The notes under the pieces: generated by a model
What the model was told of the DNA's origin: nothing
Database searches by the model: none
What the model saw: the letters and a program-made list of their open reading frames with translations, nothing else
Shown here: piece by piece, positions 36,597 to 52,565 of the stretch
Layout of the letters: each line of letters starts with the position of its first letter
How positions within the stretch are numbered: position 1 is the stretch's first letter
NCBI RefSeq assembly: GCF_009914755.1
Contig: NC_060930.1
DNA from: the human T2T-CHM13v2.0 reference genome, Homo sapiens
Direction: 5' to 3' (one strand)
DNA length: 64,000 bases
Position numbers and translations under genes: made by a program

Positions 36597-39060
36597 TGAG
36601 CAGATCTATGCAAACATGCCCCTAAAGGTCGAGGATGCTGAGAGGCTGAATAAAGAGACTGACAAACCCAGTTTCTCAGAAAGAAACATTTAATGGTGAC
36701 CTACAAGCAGAAGCCACCCCTTGGGCTGTGGCAAGACAAGATGGTGGATCTCCACACGCTTATTCTCAGACCCAGGGCTTATATACTGCAGAGAAGAAAT
36801 GTGTAGGAGAATTGAAGTCGATCTCTCAGGGAAAGAAAATAATGCTGTATGAATCTGCATAATGGAAGGATTTATGGCAAAGATTGTTTTGACCTAAGGG
36901 CAAAATTTATGATAGTAGTAGATAAAGTAGAAATCCTGTTTTTCCAATTTTTATTTCAGATTCAGGGGGTACATGTGCAGGTTTCTTACATGAGTATACT
37001 GCACGATACTGAGGTTTGGGTATCCATGATCTCATTACCCAGGTACTGAGCATAATACTCAATAGTTAGTTTTCAATACTTGCCCACCACCCTCCTTCTC
37101 CCTTCTAGTAGTTTCCAGTGTCTATTTTTCCCATCTTCATGTTTATGATACCCAATGTTTAGCTCCCACTTATAAGTGAAAACATGTGGTATTTAGTTTT
37201 CTGCTCCTGTGTTAATTCACTTAGGACAATGGTCTGCAGCTTCTTTCATATTGGTGCAACAACATGACTTCATTTTTTTATGACTATGTAGTATTCCATG
37301 GTGTATATGTACTGTGGTTTCTTAATCCAGCACACCATGAATGGGCACCTAGGTTGATTTGATACCTTTGCTGTTGTCTATAGTGCTGCAATGAACATAT
37401 GAGTCCATGTGCATTTTGGTAGAATGATTTATTTTTCTTTTGGATATATACACAGTAATGGGATTGCTGGATCAAAGGGTAGTTCTGTTTTAGGTTCTTT
37501 GATAAATCTCCAGACTGCTTTCCACAGTGGCTGAACTAATTTCCATCTCCATCAACAGTGTGCAAGTGTTCTCTTCTTCACAGCCTCACCAGCATCTGTT
37601 AGTTTTTGAATTTTTTATAATAACCATCCTTACTGTTATGAGATGGTATCTCATTGTGGTTTTGATTTGCATGTTTTTGATCATTAATCATGTTGAAGTA
37701 TTTTTTCATGTTTGTTGGCTGCATATATGTCTTCTTTTGAGGTGTCTGTTTATGTCTTTTGCCCATTTTTAATGGGATTGTTTATCGCCTGTTTATTTAA
37801 ATTTCTTATTATTTCTAGATGTTAGACGTTTGTCAGATGCATAGTTTGCAAATATCTTCTCTCAAATTGTAGTTTATCTGCTTACTTTGTTGATAGTTTC
37901 TTTTGCTGTGCAGAAGCTCTTTAATTTAATTAGGTTGTATGTGTCAATTTGTGTTTTTGTTGCAATTGCTTTTGAGAACTTAGTCATAAGTTATTTCTCC
38001 CAAGGCCGATATCCAGAATGGTGTTTTCTGGGTTTTTTTTTTCTAGGATTCTTATAGTTTGAGGTCTTACATTTAAATCTTTAACCCAGCTTGAGTTAAT
38101 TTTTCTGTATGGTGAAAGGTAGAGGTCCAGTTTTATTCTTCTGCATATGGTTAGCCAGCTATCCCAGTGCCATTTATTGAATAGGGAATTCTTTCCCCAT
38201 TGCTTATTTATGTCAGCTTTTTGAAAAGATCAAATAGCTATAGGTCGGCAACTTTATTTCTGGGTTCTCTTTTCTGTTCCATTGTTCTATGTGTGTGTTT
38301 TTGTACTAGTACCATGCTATTTTGCTTTGTGTTGCCTTATAGTATAATTTGAATTCAGATAATGTGATGCCTCTGACTTTTTCTTTTTGCTTAGGATTCC
38401 TTTAGCTATCTGGGCTCTTTTTTGGTTCCATAGGAATTTTAGAAAAGTCTTTTCTGATTTGAAGTCCTAGCCAGAACAATCAGGCAAGATAAAGAAAGAA
38501 AAGTTATCCAAATAGGAAAAGCAAAAGTCAAATTATCCCTATTTGCTTACAATATGATGCTATACCTAGAAAACCCTGAAAGCTCTGCCAAAAGGCTCCT
38601 GGAACTGAAAAATGGTGAAGTTTCATGATACAAAATCAATGTACAAAAACCAGTAACATTTTTATACACCAATAACATTCAAGCTACAATCCAAATAAAG
38701 AATGCAATCATATTTACAATATGAATATGTAAGAAAAGAATAAAAATCCTAGGAACACATCTAACCAAGGAGTTAAAAAATCTCTACGAGGAGATCTACA
38801 AAACAATGCTGAAAAAAATAATAGAAGACACAAACAAATGGAAAAACATTTCTTGCTCATAGATCAAAAGAGTCAATATTGTTCAAATGGCCACACTGCC
38901 CAAAGCAATCTACAGATTCAACACTATTCCTATTAAACTAACAATGTCAGTTTTCACAGGATAATAAAAGAGAAATCTTAGAGATATTCCCAAAATAGGG
39001 GTTAATCAGAAGTCAATATGGCTGAATAGCATTCAAAATGGAGTTGCATTATCCGCTACA
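36597..39060 (-). mobile_element. ERV1-class solo LTR split by an L1 insertion (LTR parts ~36597-36935 and ~38964-39060)
   Basis: tgagcagatctatgcaaac...cagtttctcagaaagaaacatttaat...gggcttatata..., resuming after the L1 and ending ...ca. Family not assigned. Confidence 0.6.
36938..38962 (-). mobile_element. 5'-truncated L1PA15/16-L1PB-like element with twin-priming inversion (minus 36938-38460, plus 38461-38962)
   Basis: 3'UTR ttcagattcagggggtacatgtgcagg... The inverted ORF2 piece ends at the L1 position where the minus piece stops. Degenerate TSD ataaagtagaaatc / ataaaagagaaatc. Confidence 0.88.
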
Positions 39061-39384
39061 GATGAAATGAGAGAAATATTTAAAGGAACTTAAAATGCAA
39101 TAGCAGTGGAATAATAAAAATCAGAAACAACAATGTGGAAATAATTACATTACATTAATTATTTACTTGAAGGATAAACTTGAGAGGATCCCCCAAAGAA
39201 GGAGAATAAAACAAACAAAATAATGGGAGACAAATTGAATAGAGAGGTGATACTGAAGGTGATTTTCTGTATTTTCAAAGAAGTAATCAATAGAGTAACT
39301 ATAAAATTTACATAAATGTCTTCTACATTAACTAAATACCCGAATAACCAAGTTGAAAAAAATCTGATGTTTCAGGAGAAATAA

Positions 39385-42484
<3,100 letters not shown>

Positions 42485-42487
42485 CTA

Positions 42488-42873
42488 GGCACCAATGGCA
42501 CTCTCTTTAAATTCATGAAATTGGCCTTTTACAAAATGAAGACTAGGCTTGATTTTCCAATAGCAGAGTCTCCCAGAAGTATTAGTTTGAACTGGCATAT
42601 TTTATTTCCAGTATTTGGCCCGTTGAGTCTTTTTGCTCCTCGATTAGCCATGTTCAAATTTGAAAAAAGCCCCTAATTTTAGACTCTTAAAAGAACTTCC
42701 AGAATTCAGGGGATCAATTTTTTTCTTTCTGGAGGCAAAGAAACCTGAGACCGCAGCAAGTGGAGCTGTGGGACTGAAGCTTCCTGTCAGCAAGGCCCAG
42801 GTGTGGCCCATAGGACAAGAGTATGTCGATGGCAGTGGTGGTGGCATCTCCTCATCGTGCTGCTCCCCTCACC
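42488..42873 (-). pseudogene. RAB5A: 5' fragment of a processed RAB5A pseudogene (5'UTR plus ~55 codons, frameshifted)
   Basis: From the ATG at 42651 the minus strand reads [37 protein letters not shown]/(frameshift)[17 protein letters not shown]. Recalled RAB5A is MA(S/N)[52 protein letters not shown]. Upstream sequence resembles the RAB5A 5'UTR with a decayed GCC-rich leader. Confidence 0.92.
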
Positions 42874-42874
42874 T

Positions 42875-43586
42875 ACATTTTATCAACTCATTTGCCAGTG
42901 AACATTTAGGTTATTTCCACATCTTGGCTTTTGTTAATAATCATGCAATGAACACAGGAGTGCAGATATGTCTTCAAACTCCTGATTGCAATTCCTTTGG
43001 ATATATATGCAGAAGTGGGATTGCTGGATCAAATAATAATTCTGTTTTTAATTTTTTGAGGAACCTCCATATTGTTTTCCATAGCTGATAGCTGTGCACC
43101 AATTTACATTTCCACGAACATTGTACACATTTTCTTTTCTACATCCTTGCCAACACTTGTTGTCCTTTTTTTTAATTTTTGATAATAGCCATCCTAACAG
43201 GTGTGAGATGATATCTCATTGTGGTTTTAATTTGCATTTCTCTAACGATTAGTAACACTGAGCACTTTTTCATATACTGTTGGCTATTGTATGTCTTAGA
43301 AATTACACCAAAAGCACAGGGAAAGAAAGCAAAAATAGACAAGCAAGAGTAGGTCAAACTAAAAAGCCTTTGCTCAGGAAAAGAAAAAAAATAATAAAAT
43401 AAAAAAACAAGTTATGAAATGGGAGAAAACACTTACAGACTATATATTTGATTAAAGGTTAATATCCAAAATATATAAAGAACTCCTGCAGCTTAGTAGC
43501 AAAACAAACAAACAAACAAACAAAAAACCCAAATAACTTAATTGAAAAACTGGCAAAGGACTTGAGAAAACATTTCTCCAAAGAAG
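42875..43586 (-). mobile_element. Old L1M ORF2 3' fragment with twin-priming inversion (minus 42875-43297, plus ~43298-43586)
   Basis: Peptide [22 protein letters not shown] on the minus strand. The plus piece ends catttctccaaagaag, matching where the minus piece stops (tgtatgtctt). Confidence 0.82.
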
Positions 43587-43659
43587 CTCTACTTCAGTAG
43601 TATTGAGTGAAGTCTCCCTTGCCTGCTTAACTTTATCTGGTGCAGTTTTTGTTTTGACA

Positions 43660-44716
43660 TCTTCCAACAGGTCTCCCTGCTTCTATCTGCTGTGTCTCAT
43701 TGCACTCTAATCTTAATTCAGCAGCCAGAATAATATCATGTTACTCCTATAATCAAAACTATCTAATGGCTCCCAATTTCAAAGAGAAAAACCAAAGTCC
43801 TTATAAAAGTTACAAGGCACTACTCAAAATTGCCCTTAATTATTTTTCTGATGTCATGACCTACACCTCTCAAACTCATTCATTCCACTTCAACCACATG
43901 GGTGTCTTTACATTTCTAATACAAATGTGTTCCTATTGCTCAGAGCTGCCCCTCTACCTAAAGAGCCACTTGACTAACTCTATTTTCTCCTTCAAATTTT
44001 GGTACAATTATCCCTTCCTCAATGAGGCTTATTCTGACCAGTTTATTTAATGTGTGTGGTAGGCTGAAGAATGACTTCCCCCCAAAGATTTCCATATTCT
44101 AATCCCCAGAACTTGTGAATATGTTATCTTACATTTCAAAAGGGACTTTGCAGATGTGATTAAGTTATGGGTCTGGAGATGGAGAGATTATCCTGAATTA
44201 TTCAGGTGGGCCCAACATAATTTCAATTATTCTTATAAGAGGGAGGTGGGAGGGTCAGACTGAGAGATGTGACCATGGGGGCTGAGGTAGGAGTGATGTC
44301 ACCATGAGCCAAAGAATGCAGGCAGTCCCTAGAATCTGGAAAAGGAAGCAAATTCTCTGTTTGAGCCTCCAGAAGGAACATAGCCCTGCCTGCAACTTGA
44401 TTTTACACCAGTGAAAAAGATTTGGACTTCTGGCTTACAAAGTATAAGATGGTAATTTTGTGTTGTTTTAAGCCACTAAGTTTGTGGTAATTTATTACAG
44501 AAGTGATAGGAAATTAATACAGTGTCTAACCTGCAGCCCCAACACTCTGACTTTATTCTTCTCTACTTTTTATTTTTTCCATAGTAGTTGTCATATTTAG
44601 CACACTGCATCATTTTCCTGTATTTCTTTCTTCTCTTCTTCCTCAAGAATATGAGCATTGTGTTTACAGATCATTTTTTGTTTTATTCACTTATAAATGT
44701 TTGTTGAATTAATTAA
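43660..44716 (+). mobile_element. L2 3' fragment interrupted by MLT1
   Basis: ggtctccctgcttct...cagcagccaga...tcatgttactcct...atggctccc, ending aaatgtttgttgaattaatt. Confidence 0.65.
44055..44521 (+). mobile_element. MLT1 (C/D-like) MaLR solo LTR
   Basis: tgtggtaggctgaagaatg...aaagggactttgcagatgtgattaag...ttttaagccactaagtttgtggtaatt...taataca. Confidence 0.85.
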
Positions 44717-45702
44717 AAGAAGAGAAAATCAATCACAGATATGAAAGGACCAACATAGTGAATTGCCTTGGATCCATATTGCACAATTTTGCTGTTGGCA
44801 GACTGAAGTTGTCCAAGGGCTGAGTAAAAATGATGAGGAATACTTTACAAAGGCCTTACTTGGTTTGGTTCCTGTGGTAGAGATGATTTGTTTGCAGTGA
44901 CTGTTCCTTAAGTTCCCCTGCTTCATTTTTCTTCCTTTACTGCAGTTAGTTTTCATCAATGGACTGCAGATTGCAGTGACATGTTTCACTTCTGGGAGGG
45001 GAAATTTAACAGCCAGCATGCTCCCTCCACCTCTTTTTCCCCCACTGTTATGATCATGAGACCAATTGTTCCAAATGGCAGAGCTAAAGAGGGAAGAGGG
45101 CTACCTAAACCACACAAAGCTTTGCAATAGAGAATAGTAAACCTTAATTATGTTAAGTGACAAAGATTCTGATGGCTTTCTAGTTATAGTAGTTAACCTT
45201 AATTGGAGAAGCTAAATCCAGAATAAAGTGGTATTACAAGGTTTTTGGTGTCTGCAAGTTGGAAGTTGAAACTATCTTTTGTATACTTCTTTTAGCTATT
45301 ATATACTTGTGTCTATTTATTTCTCAGTACCAGAAAATGTGTTCCTGAAGACATATTCTTCATTGCACAGTTCAGAGAAAATCTTGTATCCTCATTGTTG
45401 AACATTCAAAATAATAGTGTGATTATTCTATTACTGTACTTGATAGCTATGGCTAAACAACTAATCCCAGTAGGAAATTTCTAGAAGTATTAGAAAATTT
45501 GAACTACATAGTGCAACTCCGTGACCACTTCCACTGCCATAGAATTTTAGTAAGATTTTTATATAGCTTCAAAAATTAAAAAAAAACCATTGAATTAACT
45601 TTTTTAATTGAAAGATTGATAAAACATCTCATGGCAGATATTTTTGTTATCAACTTCAGTATATACATTTATCATCTTTTTGTATGATTTAATATTCTAA
45701 TG

Positions 45703-45905
45703 CAGTAATTGGCAAACTTTCTCTATAAAGGGCCAAATAGTAAATATTTCACTTTTAGAAGCCATGTAGCTACTCTTACAACTACTCAGCTCTGCCATTA
45801 TGACATGCAAGCAGCCATAGACAATATATAAATGAATGTGCGTGTCTGTGTTCCACTAAAACTTTATTTACAAAAACAAATGCTGGCTGTAGTTTGTTAA
45901 CTCTC
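45703..45905. mobile_element. MER58A (hAT-Charlie)
   Basis: ttggcaaactttctctataaagggccaaatagtaaatatt...caactactcagctctgccatt...aaaactttatttacaaaaaca. Confidence 0.85.
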
Positions 45906-46037
45906 ACTCAATGGGAGTACAGAATATTCTTTGTTTCAGTGTTTTAGTCTTGGTAGTAATTTTCAATCAAGAATCTTCCAGGAGGTGGATGATGAGTGCG
46001 TTGGGGTTCCTTAGAGGAACAGAATGAGTAAGATTAT

Positions 46038-46063
46038 ACACACACACACACACACACACACAC
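46038..46063 (+). repeat. (AC)n microsatellite
   Basis: About 13 AC units. Confidence 0.95.
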
Positions 46064-46064
46064 T

Positions 46065-46706
46065 CAGTTGATTCTTGTTATTCACTGTAGTTATGTTCTA
46101 TAAAGTTTCTATGAACATTGAATCAGTGAATAATGAACAATTGCTCCTAGGGAAAATACAGTGTAGTTTCCTGAAAGCCTCTGGTCACAACATTTTTGTC
46201 AACCAGTCAATATACATTCTTGTTTTATGTGTGTTTCTCTTCAAAGGCACCTTATTTAATACCTATGCTGATTCGTTAACATTGAACTCACAGCCAGCAG
46301 CACTGTAACTCATGCCCAAATGAACCTAATCTAATGCATGTATTTTTTCTGTAAGGTACATCACAGGCTTCTTGTGCTTAGGAACATTAGACAACACTGC
46401 CACTGTACTTGGAGGCCATTTTAAATAGCAAAATCACCAATGAAATGCACAAAAATGTAAAGAAAATGGTGGCAACTAAATAAATTGTCAAATAATGCTT
46501 GTTTGCAGTGTGAGAGATGGACAAAGAAGGCAGAGCATCACCTTGTTCTATTTTAGTTGGGTACATGAGACTCAAACTTTTTGCCATTCTACACGTTTGA
46601 GAATGACCACAAACGTGTTGCAAATACTGAATTTGAGCTTACAAATAAATTTTAGTAAGTAGGCAAATTCACAAACATAGAACCTGTAAGTAATGAGAAT
46701 CTACTC
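46065..46706 (-). mobile_element. MER82 (TcMar-Tigger)
   Basis: Inverted termini cagttgattcttgttattc... / ...taatgagaatctact. Internal agaaggcagagcatcaccttgttc matches the recalled consensus. Confidence 0.8.
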
Positions 46707-46734
46707 TACACATGTGTACACATACACATACTGT

Positions 46735-47069
46735 TTATTTCAAGGAATTGACTTATGCAATTGCGGGAATTGAAGAGTCTGAACTTTATAGGGCAAGCTT
46801 TATGGCTGGAAACACCAGCAAGAGCTAGGGCTGCAGTCCTGAGGCAGAATTTTTTCTTCCTCAGAGAAACCTTAGTTTTGCTTTTAATGCATTTCAACCG
46901 ATTGGAAGAGGCCCACCCAGATTGTTACAGATTATCTCCTTTACTTAAAGCTAACTGATTATAGATGTTAAATACATCTACAAATTACCTTCACAGCAAT
47001 ACCTTGATTAGTGTTTGAATAACTGGAACTAGGGCCTAGCCAAGTTAACACTTAAAACTAACCATCACA
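46735..47069 (-). mobile_element. MLT2 (ERVL) LTR fragment
   Basis: aaggaattgacttatgcaatt...gaggcccacccagatt...gcctagccaagttaacacttaaaactaaccatcaca. Confidence 0.85.
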
Positions 47070-47346
47070 GTGAGTATACTTTGGAAGGCCACAGAAGATT
47101 TAAAGGTGAAATAATGGTATTGTAGTTATATATTTTTCAAAAACATAATTTACCTTTTAAGGATGTATAATAAAGTATTTATAGATGAAAAAATAATTCT
47201 TATGAACTCAACAAAATATCAAATGTGATTATCTGGATTCAGTTACCGTCTCAGTGGTTATTATACTTTTCTACATTTGCAAATTTCTACATTTTTTTCG
47301 TGCTTATAATTACATGATCAATTCATGGTACTTTTATATATAGAAT

Positions 47347-47868
47347 ATATATTAGTTTTCTATTGCTACATAATAAATTACCACAAATTTAACAGCTTAA
47401 ATAACAGTTTCTATGGGTAAGGAGTTAGAGTTAGGAGTCTGGGTACATTTTATCTTTCCATGGTTTGAACAGACTAATCTCAATGTGTTGGCTAGGGCTT
47501 CAGTCCCATCTGAGGCTTGAGGTTTTCTTCCAAGCTCACTGGTTGTTGGCAGAATTCAGTTCCCTGCAACTGCAGGACTAAAGTGTCTCTTTGTCCATAA
47601 GTTGCTCTGGATTCCTAAAGGCCACTTTCATGTCCTAACTATATGGCTTTGTCATATAACGTGGAGCTTACTTCTTTAAAGCCAGCGGGAGAAATTCTCT
47701 TTAGTGTGCTAAGGTGGAGTCATGTTTATGTAACATAACCTTATCAAGGGAGCAGCTGTCCTACCACATTCACAGGACCTGTCCAAACTTAACAGAAGGG
47801 AATTATAAAGGGTATGTACACCGGAGGGCAATGATATGGGGGGACATCTTAGGATTCTGCCTCCCATA
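47347..47868 (-). mobile_element. MLT1 MaLR LTR
   Basis: attagttttctattgctacataataaattaccacaaattt...ttgttggcagaattcagttc...gggggacatcttaggattctgcct. Confidence 0.8.
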
Positions 47869-49400
47869 TTAGTTGTGTGATCACAGCTAAAAAGAACATG
47901 CATGGCAAAAAGCTGGAAGAAATAAATAAAAAGTGTTAAATGTTATCCCTGAGAATAGGTATTATGAGGCAAGGTATATTTTTTCATAATGACTGTGTAG
48001 TTTTACATTTCTTCTGTAATAAACACTACCTAATTTTCTGTATTTATTAAATTTTAATTATTTTTTATAGAAGTAATACCAGTTCATGAAGAGAAAAAAT
48101 CAAACAATAAAGGGTTTAAAGTTGAAAGTATAATTAAATTCTACCCCTTCCTCTTCACTTCTCTCTAGACACCATTTAGAGGATAAATAACTCTTTAAAA
48201 TTTGGAGGTATCCTTCTGTAAGCATTCTTCAATTTTTCCTTTATACTAAACAACATATATTAGACATCAAGTATATGAATATACCTACTGAGGTCTTAAT
48301 TTTGATAATTATACTTTTTAGTTCTACAAATTCCAGTTTTTTCTAAGAATTTTAATTTCTTGGTAAATATTTTCATCTCATTATATATTTAAAAAATTAT
48401 ATTTCATGAATTGACCATGTTTGGCAACAAAACCTATGTTTGATAACTTCAATTTATGCATTACACATGGTCTGTTTTTATTTTTATTTTTATTTTTTTG
48501 CTTTAGATATTTGATCTTGTCTCCTGGCATGCCTGGTTATTTTGAACTGAATGCCATGTATTTTTTTTTTTTTTTAATGAAAAACTGCAGAGGCTCTTCA
48601 TGATCTTGTTTTACTCCAGGAAAGATTTATTTTGGCAGTTAGCATTAGGGCAAAGCAATAGACTGCAAACAGAGATTAGAGAGTTTGGCCTGACACTGAG
48701 TTTTAACCTTTGTAAGGCTTCTAACTTTGGTTTATAAAGTGTAGCCCATCAGGGGTTACAATAGAAAGCTTGACAAACTGCATATTCTTCTCTTTGGTGA
48801 GCCCTAAACTATAATGTTGTCTCTCCAGTATCATCAGACCTACAAAACTTCTGCTTGATTCTTAGCTCCTTGGCTGCCGCTTTCTGCTTTGCCTCCCATC
48901 TGCTTGTTCTGCACATGCTAGAAGTCAAAAAATGCCTCTGAGGAAAAGTGATTTGGAAAGTTAGCCTTGTTTCTCTCTGTTTTTCTCTGGGACAATGGCC
49001 TCTCATATTCTGGATGCCTTGGTATCACGGACCTCCAGTTTTTGTCTCCTTAACTAAGTCATTGCTTTTGCTTCGTCTTTCAGGCCCAAGTCACTTAGGC
49101 ATTGTCAAATGGAGGGATGTCAGGTCTACCTTAAGGGGGACCCTCAATTCTTTGTTACTGCCCAGACAGCTGTCTTATGTTTCACTTTCCTTCCAGGTTT
49201 TCATCTTGTTTTCCATGAGAGATGTGTTATAAACCAGTCATTTATTTTCAGAAGAATTCTATACTTCTATTTTTATCTCCTAATGTAAACATTATTAGTT
49301 TTGTTTTAAACGGTCAATGCTTAATCAATTTGATTTAATTTAAGTCAATTAAATTAAATTAATCAATTTAATTTAAGTCAATGCTTTCTTTACTCTCCAT

Positions 49401-49431
<31 letters not shown>

Positions 49432-50269
49432 TTGAAGTGCATTGTTTCACATTGTTTAAATTCTTACAATGAGAGTCTCTTGGTACGAGATTTCACATTT
49501 GGTCTTATCTAAAAATGTCATTTAAAAATATAGCTATTTAATAAAAATGTGTCTGTTGCATAATTCTTTGCTAACCATTATTTTGTCTTAACAATTTGAA
49601 AGTATTATACCACATGTCTTGGCTTTCAATTTTTTTATGGAGAAATTTCCCCTCAATCTAATCATTGCTCATTTTAAGTTATCATTTTTTTTCCTCTGTG
49701 TGCTATTAGAAGCTACTTTTGACTTGATCAAAGATGATATAATGTGTCTAAATGTTTATTTTTTATTTGTAAAAAATGTATCAGAAAACTTAAGCATACA
49801 TAAAATAAAAGGGAAGACTATAATGAATCCATCATTACCTCTAATCTTTGCCCTAGCTTAATTACTAGCCTTTTCCCATTCCCATTGTATCTTTATTTGT
49901 TTTCATACAATTTGACATTTTTTTCTCTTATCTGTCCTGGACAAATCCCAGTTGTTATCTCTTTTAATAGATTATTCACTTCTTTAGTCTCTCCTGAGAT
50001 AACCACTAGATGATTAAATCTTATTATATTTTTTCATGTCATAAACTTTCAGTTTCATTACCTTGTCTTTCTCCATTACAATCTGATTAATGATTTTAGC
50101 TTTGGCTTCTAGTTCAAATTCTTTTTTCAACTTTGTTTAATCTACAGTTTGACCATCGAGATTATACTTTTAATTATATTTCTAGTCTAGTAGTTCTATT
50201 TTTTTATTTTTAAAACAGGTCAGTTAATTGTTGACAGATTTTTGACACTTGCTTACCACATACTTCTTA

Positions 50270-50475
50270 GGACAATAGACTCTGAAGGATTTGAATTCTA
50301 GCACTACAACTTGCACTGTGTAAATTTAGGGAACTTTCTTAATTTCTCTAAGTTTTCATTTCCTTTTTCATAAAATTAGTAGCATTTACTTTATAGAGTT
50401 GTTGAGGATTAGATGAGTAAATATATAAGTGAGGCATGTGGAACAGTACCTGATACAAATAAACATTATAAAAGT
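50270..50475 (+). mobile_element. MIR
   Basis: ggatttgaattctagc...cttaatttctctaagttttcatttcc...gttgttgaggattagatgag...aacagtacctgatac. Confidence 0.75.
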
Positions 50476-52565
50476 ATTTATTAAAAACAATATTTTATTT
50501 CTTCATTTATTTCTTTAAATCTTTTAAAAAGTTATTTCTGCATACTTATTTTATCATTTCAATACCTGGTATATTTATATTTATGATTCTATTGATTTTA
50601 TTTCTGCTGACTTTAATTGACATCATCTTGCTTTCTCATATATTTTGGAAACTTCATTTTTGTAGTTCTTCCTGACCAATTTTCATTTCCAAGAATACTG
50701 AAAGCCTGACTTGAAGGTGCATTCCTGCATTTCTTTGGGATCTATTATGGTTCCCAGGGTGCTGAAGTCCCGGCATAACTTTAAGTTAGTGTTCTGGTTT
50801 GGGAACCCAGAGCCAATTTGAGGGCAGACCTGTCGTTCTGAATTCTCTCTGGATACTGTTTTCCTAATATCTGAAGCTGAAACAGACTTGTACTTCCCCT
50901 TTGATGGTGGGAAATTTTAATTGTAGCTGATCTTTCACTGAAAGTGCAGATTTTGAGGATCCTGGCTCTGTGAAGGAGTCTCAGAGTCCATCCTTCCAAG
51001 AGGCATGGACATTAGTGCCCAGGGTCTAGGTTTCTTGTATTCATAAACATCCAGGGCAGTTATGGCTGTAGAGCCAGTTTACCATTCTGGCTTCAGCTTT
51101 TTTGAGCCACTGGGGTGTTACCTTATTTTCGTGTAAACTTAGTTATAAAATTTAGAGTGAAATCTGTCACAATTCCTTTTGGCATCTATAAACTTTTTAT
51201 TAACTCTTTTAGAACGTCTATGCTACTAAATTATTGAAAGTTATATAGTCAAATCAGTATTTTCTTTGCCTTGTGTGTGCAGTCATGTTTGTCTGTGTGT
51301 GTTTGTGTAGATATGCATGTATTTGCATTTTCCTTTATTGTATTTGGAATGCTTATAGCCTCTTCTTGTTTCTTAATAATTTGGTTAAACTTTAGGATTA
51401 CCAACTGATTCCCTCCTATGACGTATAATAAAATCATAAGTTTGTACTTCTTTATCTTTTGCCTATATTCTTCTACTTCTGAATTTTTGTTGTTATTTGT
51501 CCATTGGGTTTTCAATTTAGGATTACAACATTTTTATTATATTCAACTACTGTAAATCCATTATTAATCCTTCATATTCTTGTGTTCAAACATATTCAGA
51601 GTTCATCTTCAACCCTTTTACAATATAGTGCTCCAGTTTCTGAATTCTTTATTTGATCATCTTGAATTAATTTGATTTTTTCATTGAGTAAATTTAAAAA
51701 ATGACTTCATCAGTACTATAATTCCAGAAATTTTGTTTATTTGTAATTGTTTCTATTGCCTTTATAAATGAATGACAAGTTGGGTGTTGAAAATAGGGAT
51801 CACTCTTGCTCTATCCAGAACTATGGAAATACTATCATTCTACTCTCTAGTTCTATGAGATCAACTTTTTAAGATTCCACATATGAGTGAGATCATTTGG
51901 TAGTTATATTTTTGTGATTGGCTTATTTCACTTAATATAATGTCTTCCAGGTTTATTCATGTTGTTGCAAATGGCAGGGTTTCCTTCCTATTTATGGCTG
52001 AATAGTACTCCATTGTGTATGCGTGCCACTTTTCTTTATACGTTCATCCATTGATTGGCATGCAGGTTTATTCCATATCTTAACTATTGTGAATATACTG
52101 CAGATATCTCTTTCACATACTGATTTTATTTCTTTTGGAAATACACCCAGTAGTAGAATTGCTGGATCATCTGGCAGTTCTATTTTTTTATTTTTTCAGG
52201 TTTGGTAGTTCTATCTTTAATTGTTTTCTATAATAGCTATACTAATATACATTTCCACTAGCAATGTGAAGGGGTTCCCTTTACTCCGCATCCTCACTAT
52301 TGCTTGTTATCTTTTTTCTTTCTGATAATCACCATTCTAACAAGTATAAGGCAATGTCTAATAGAGGTTTTAATTTGCATTTCTCTGATGATGAGGGATG
52401 TTGATCATTTTTCCATATTCCATTTGGCCATTCATATATCTTTTTTTTGAGAAATATCCATTTAGCTTCTTTGCCAATTTTTTAATTGCAGCATTTGTTT
52501 ATTTGCTATTGAGTTGTTTCAGTTCCTTAAATATTTTGGATATTAACTTCTTGTCAGATGTATAG

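Noticed and set aside
42660-43088. 142-aa plus-strand ORF
   Set aside because: It is an antisense read through the RAB5A 5'UTR into L1 sequence, with no recognisable protein.
47900-51800. AT-rich low-complexity tracts and probable very old L1ME pieces
   Set aside because: Too decayed to assign boundaries or family without an alignment.
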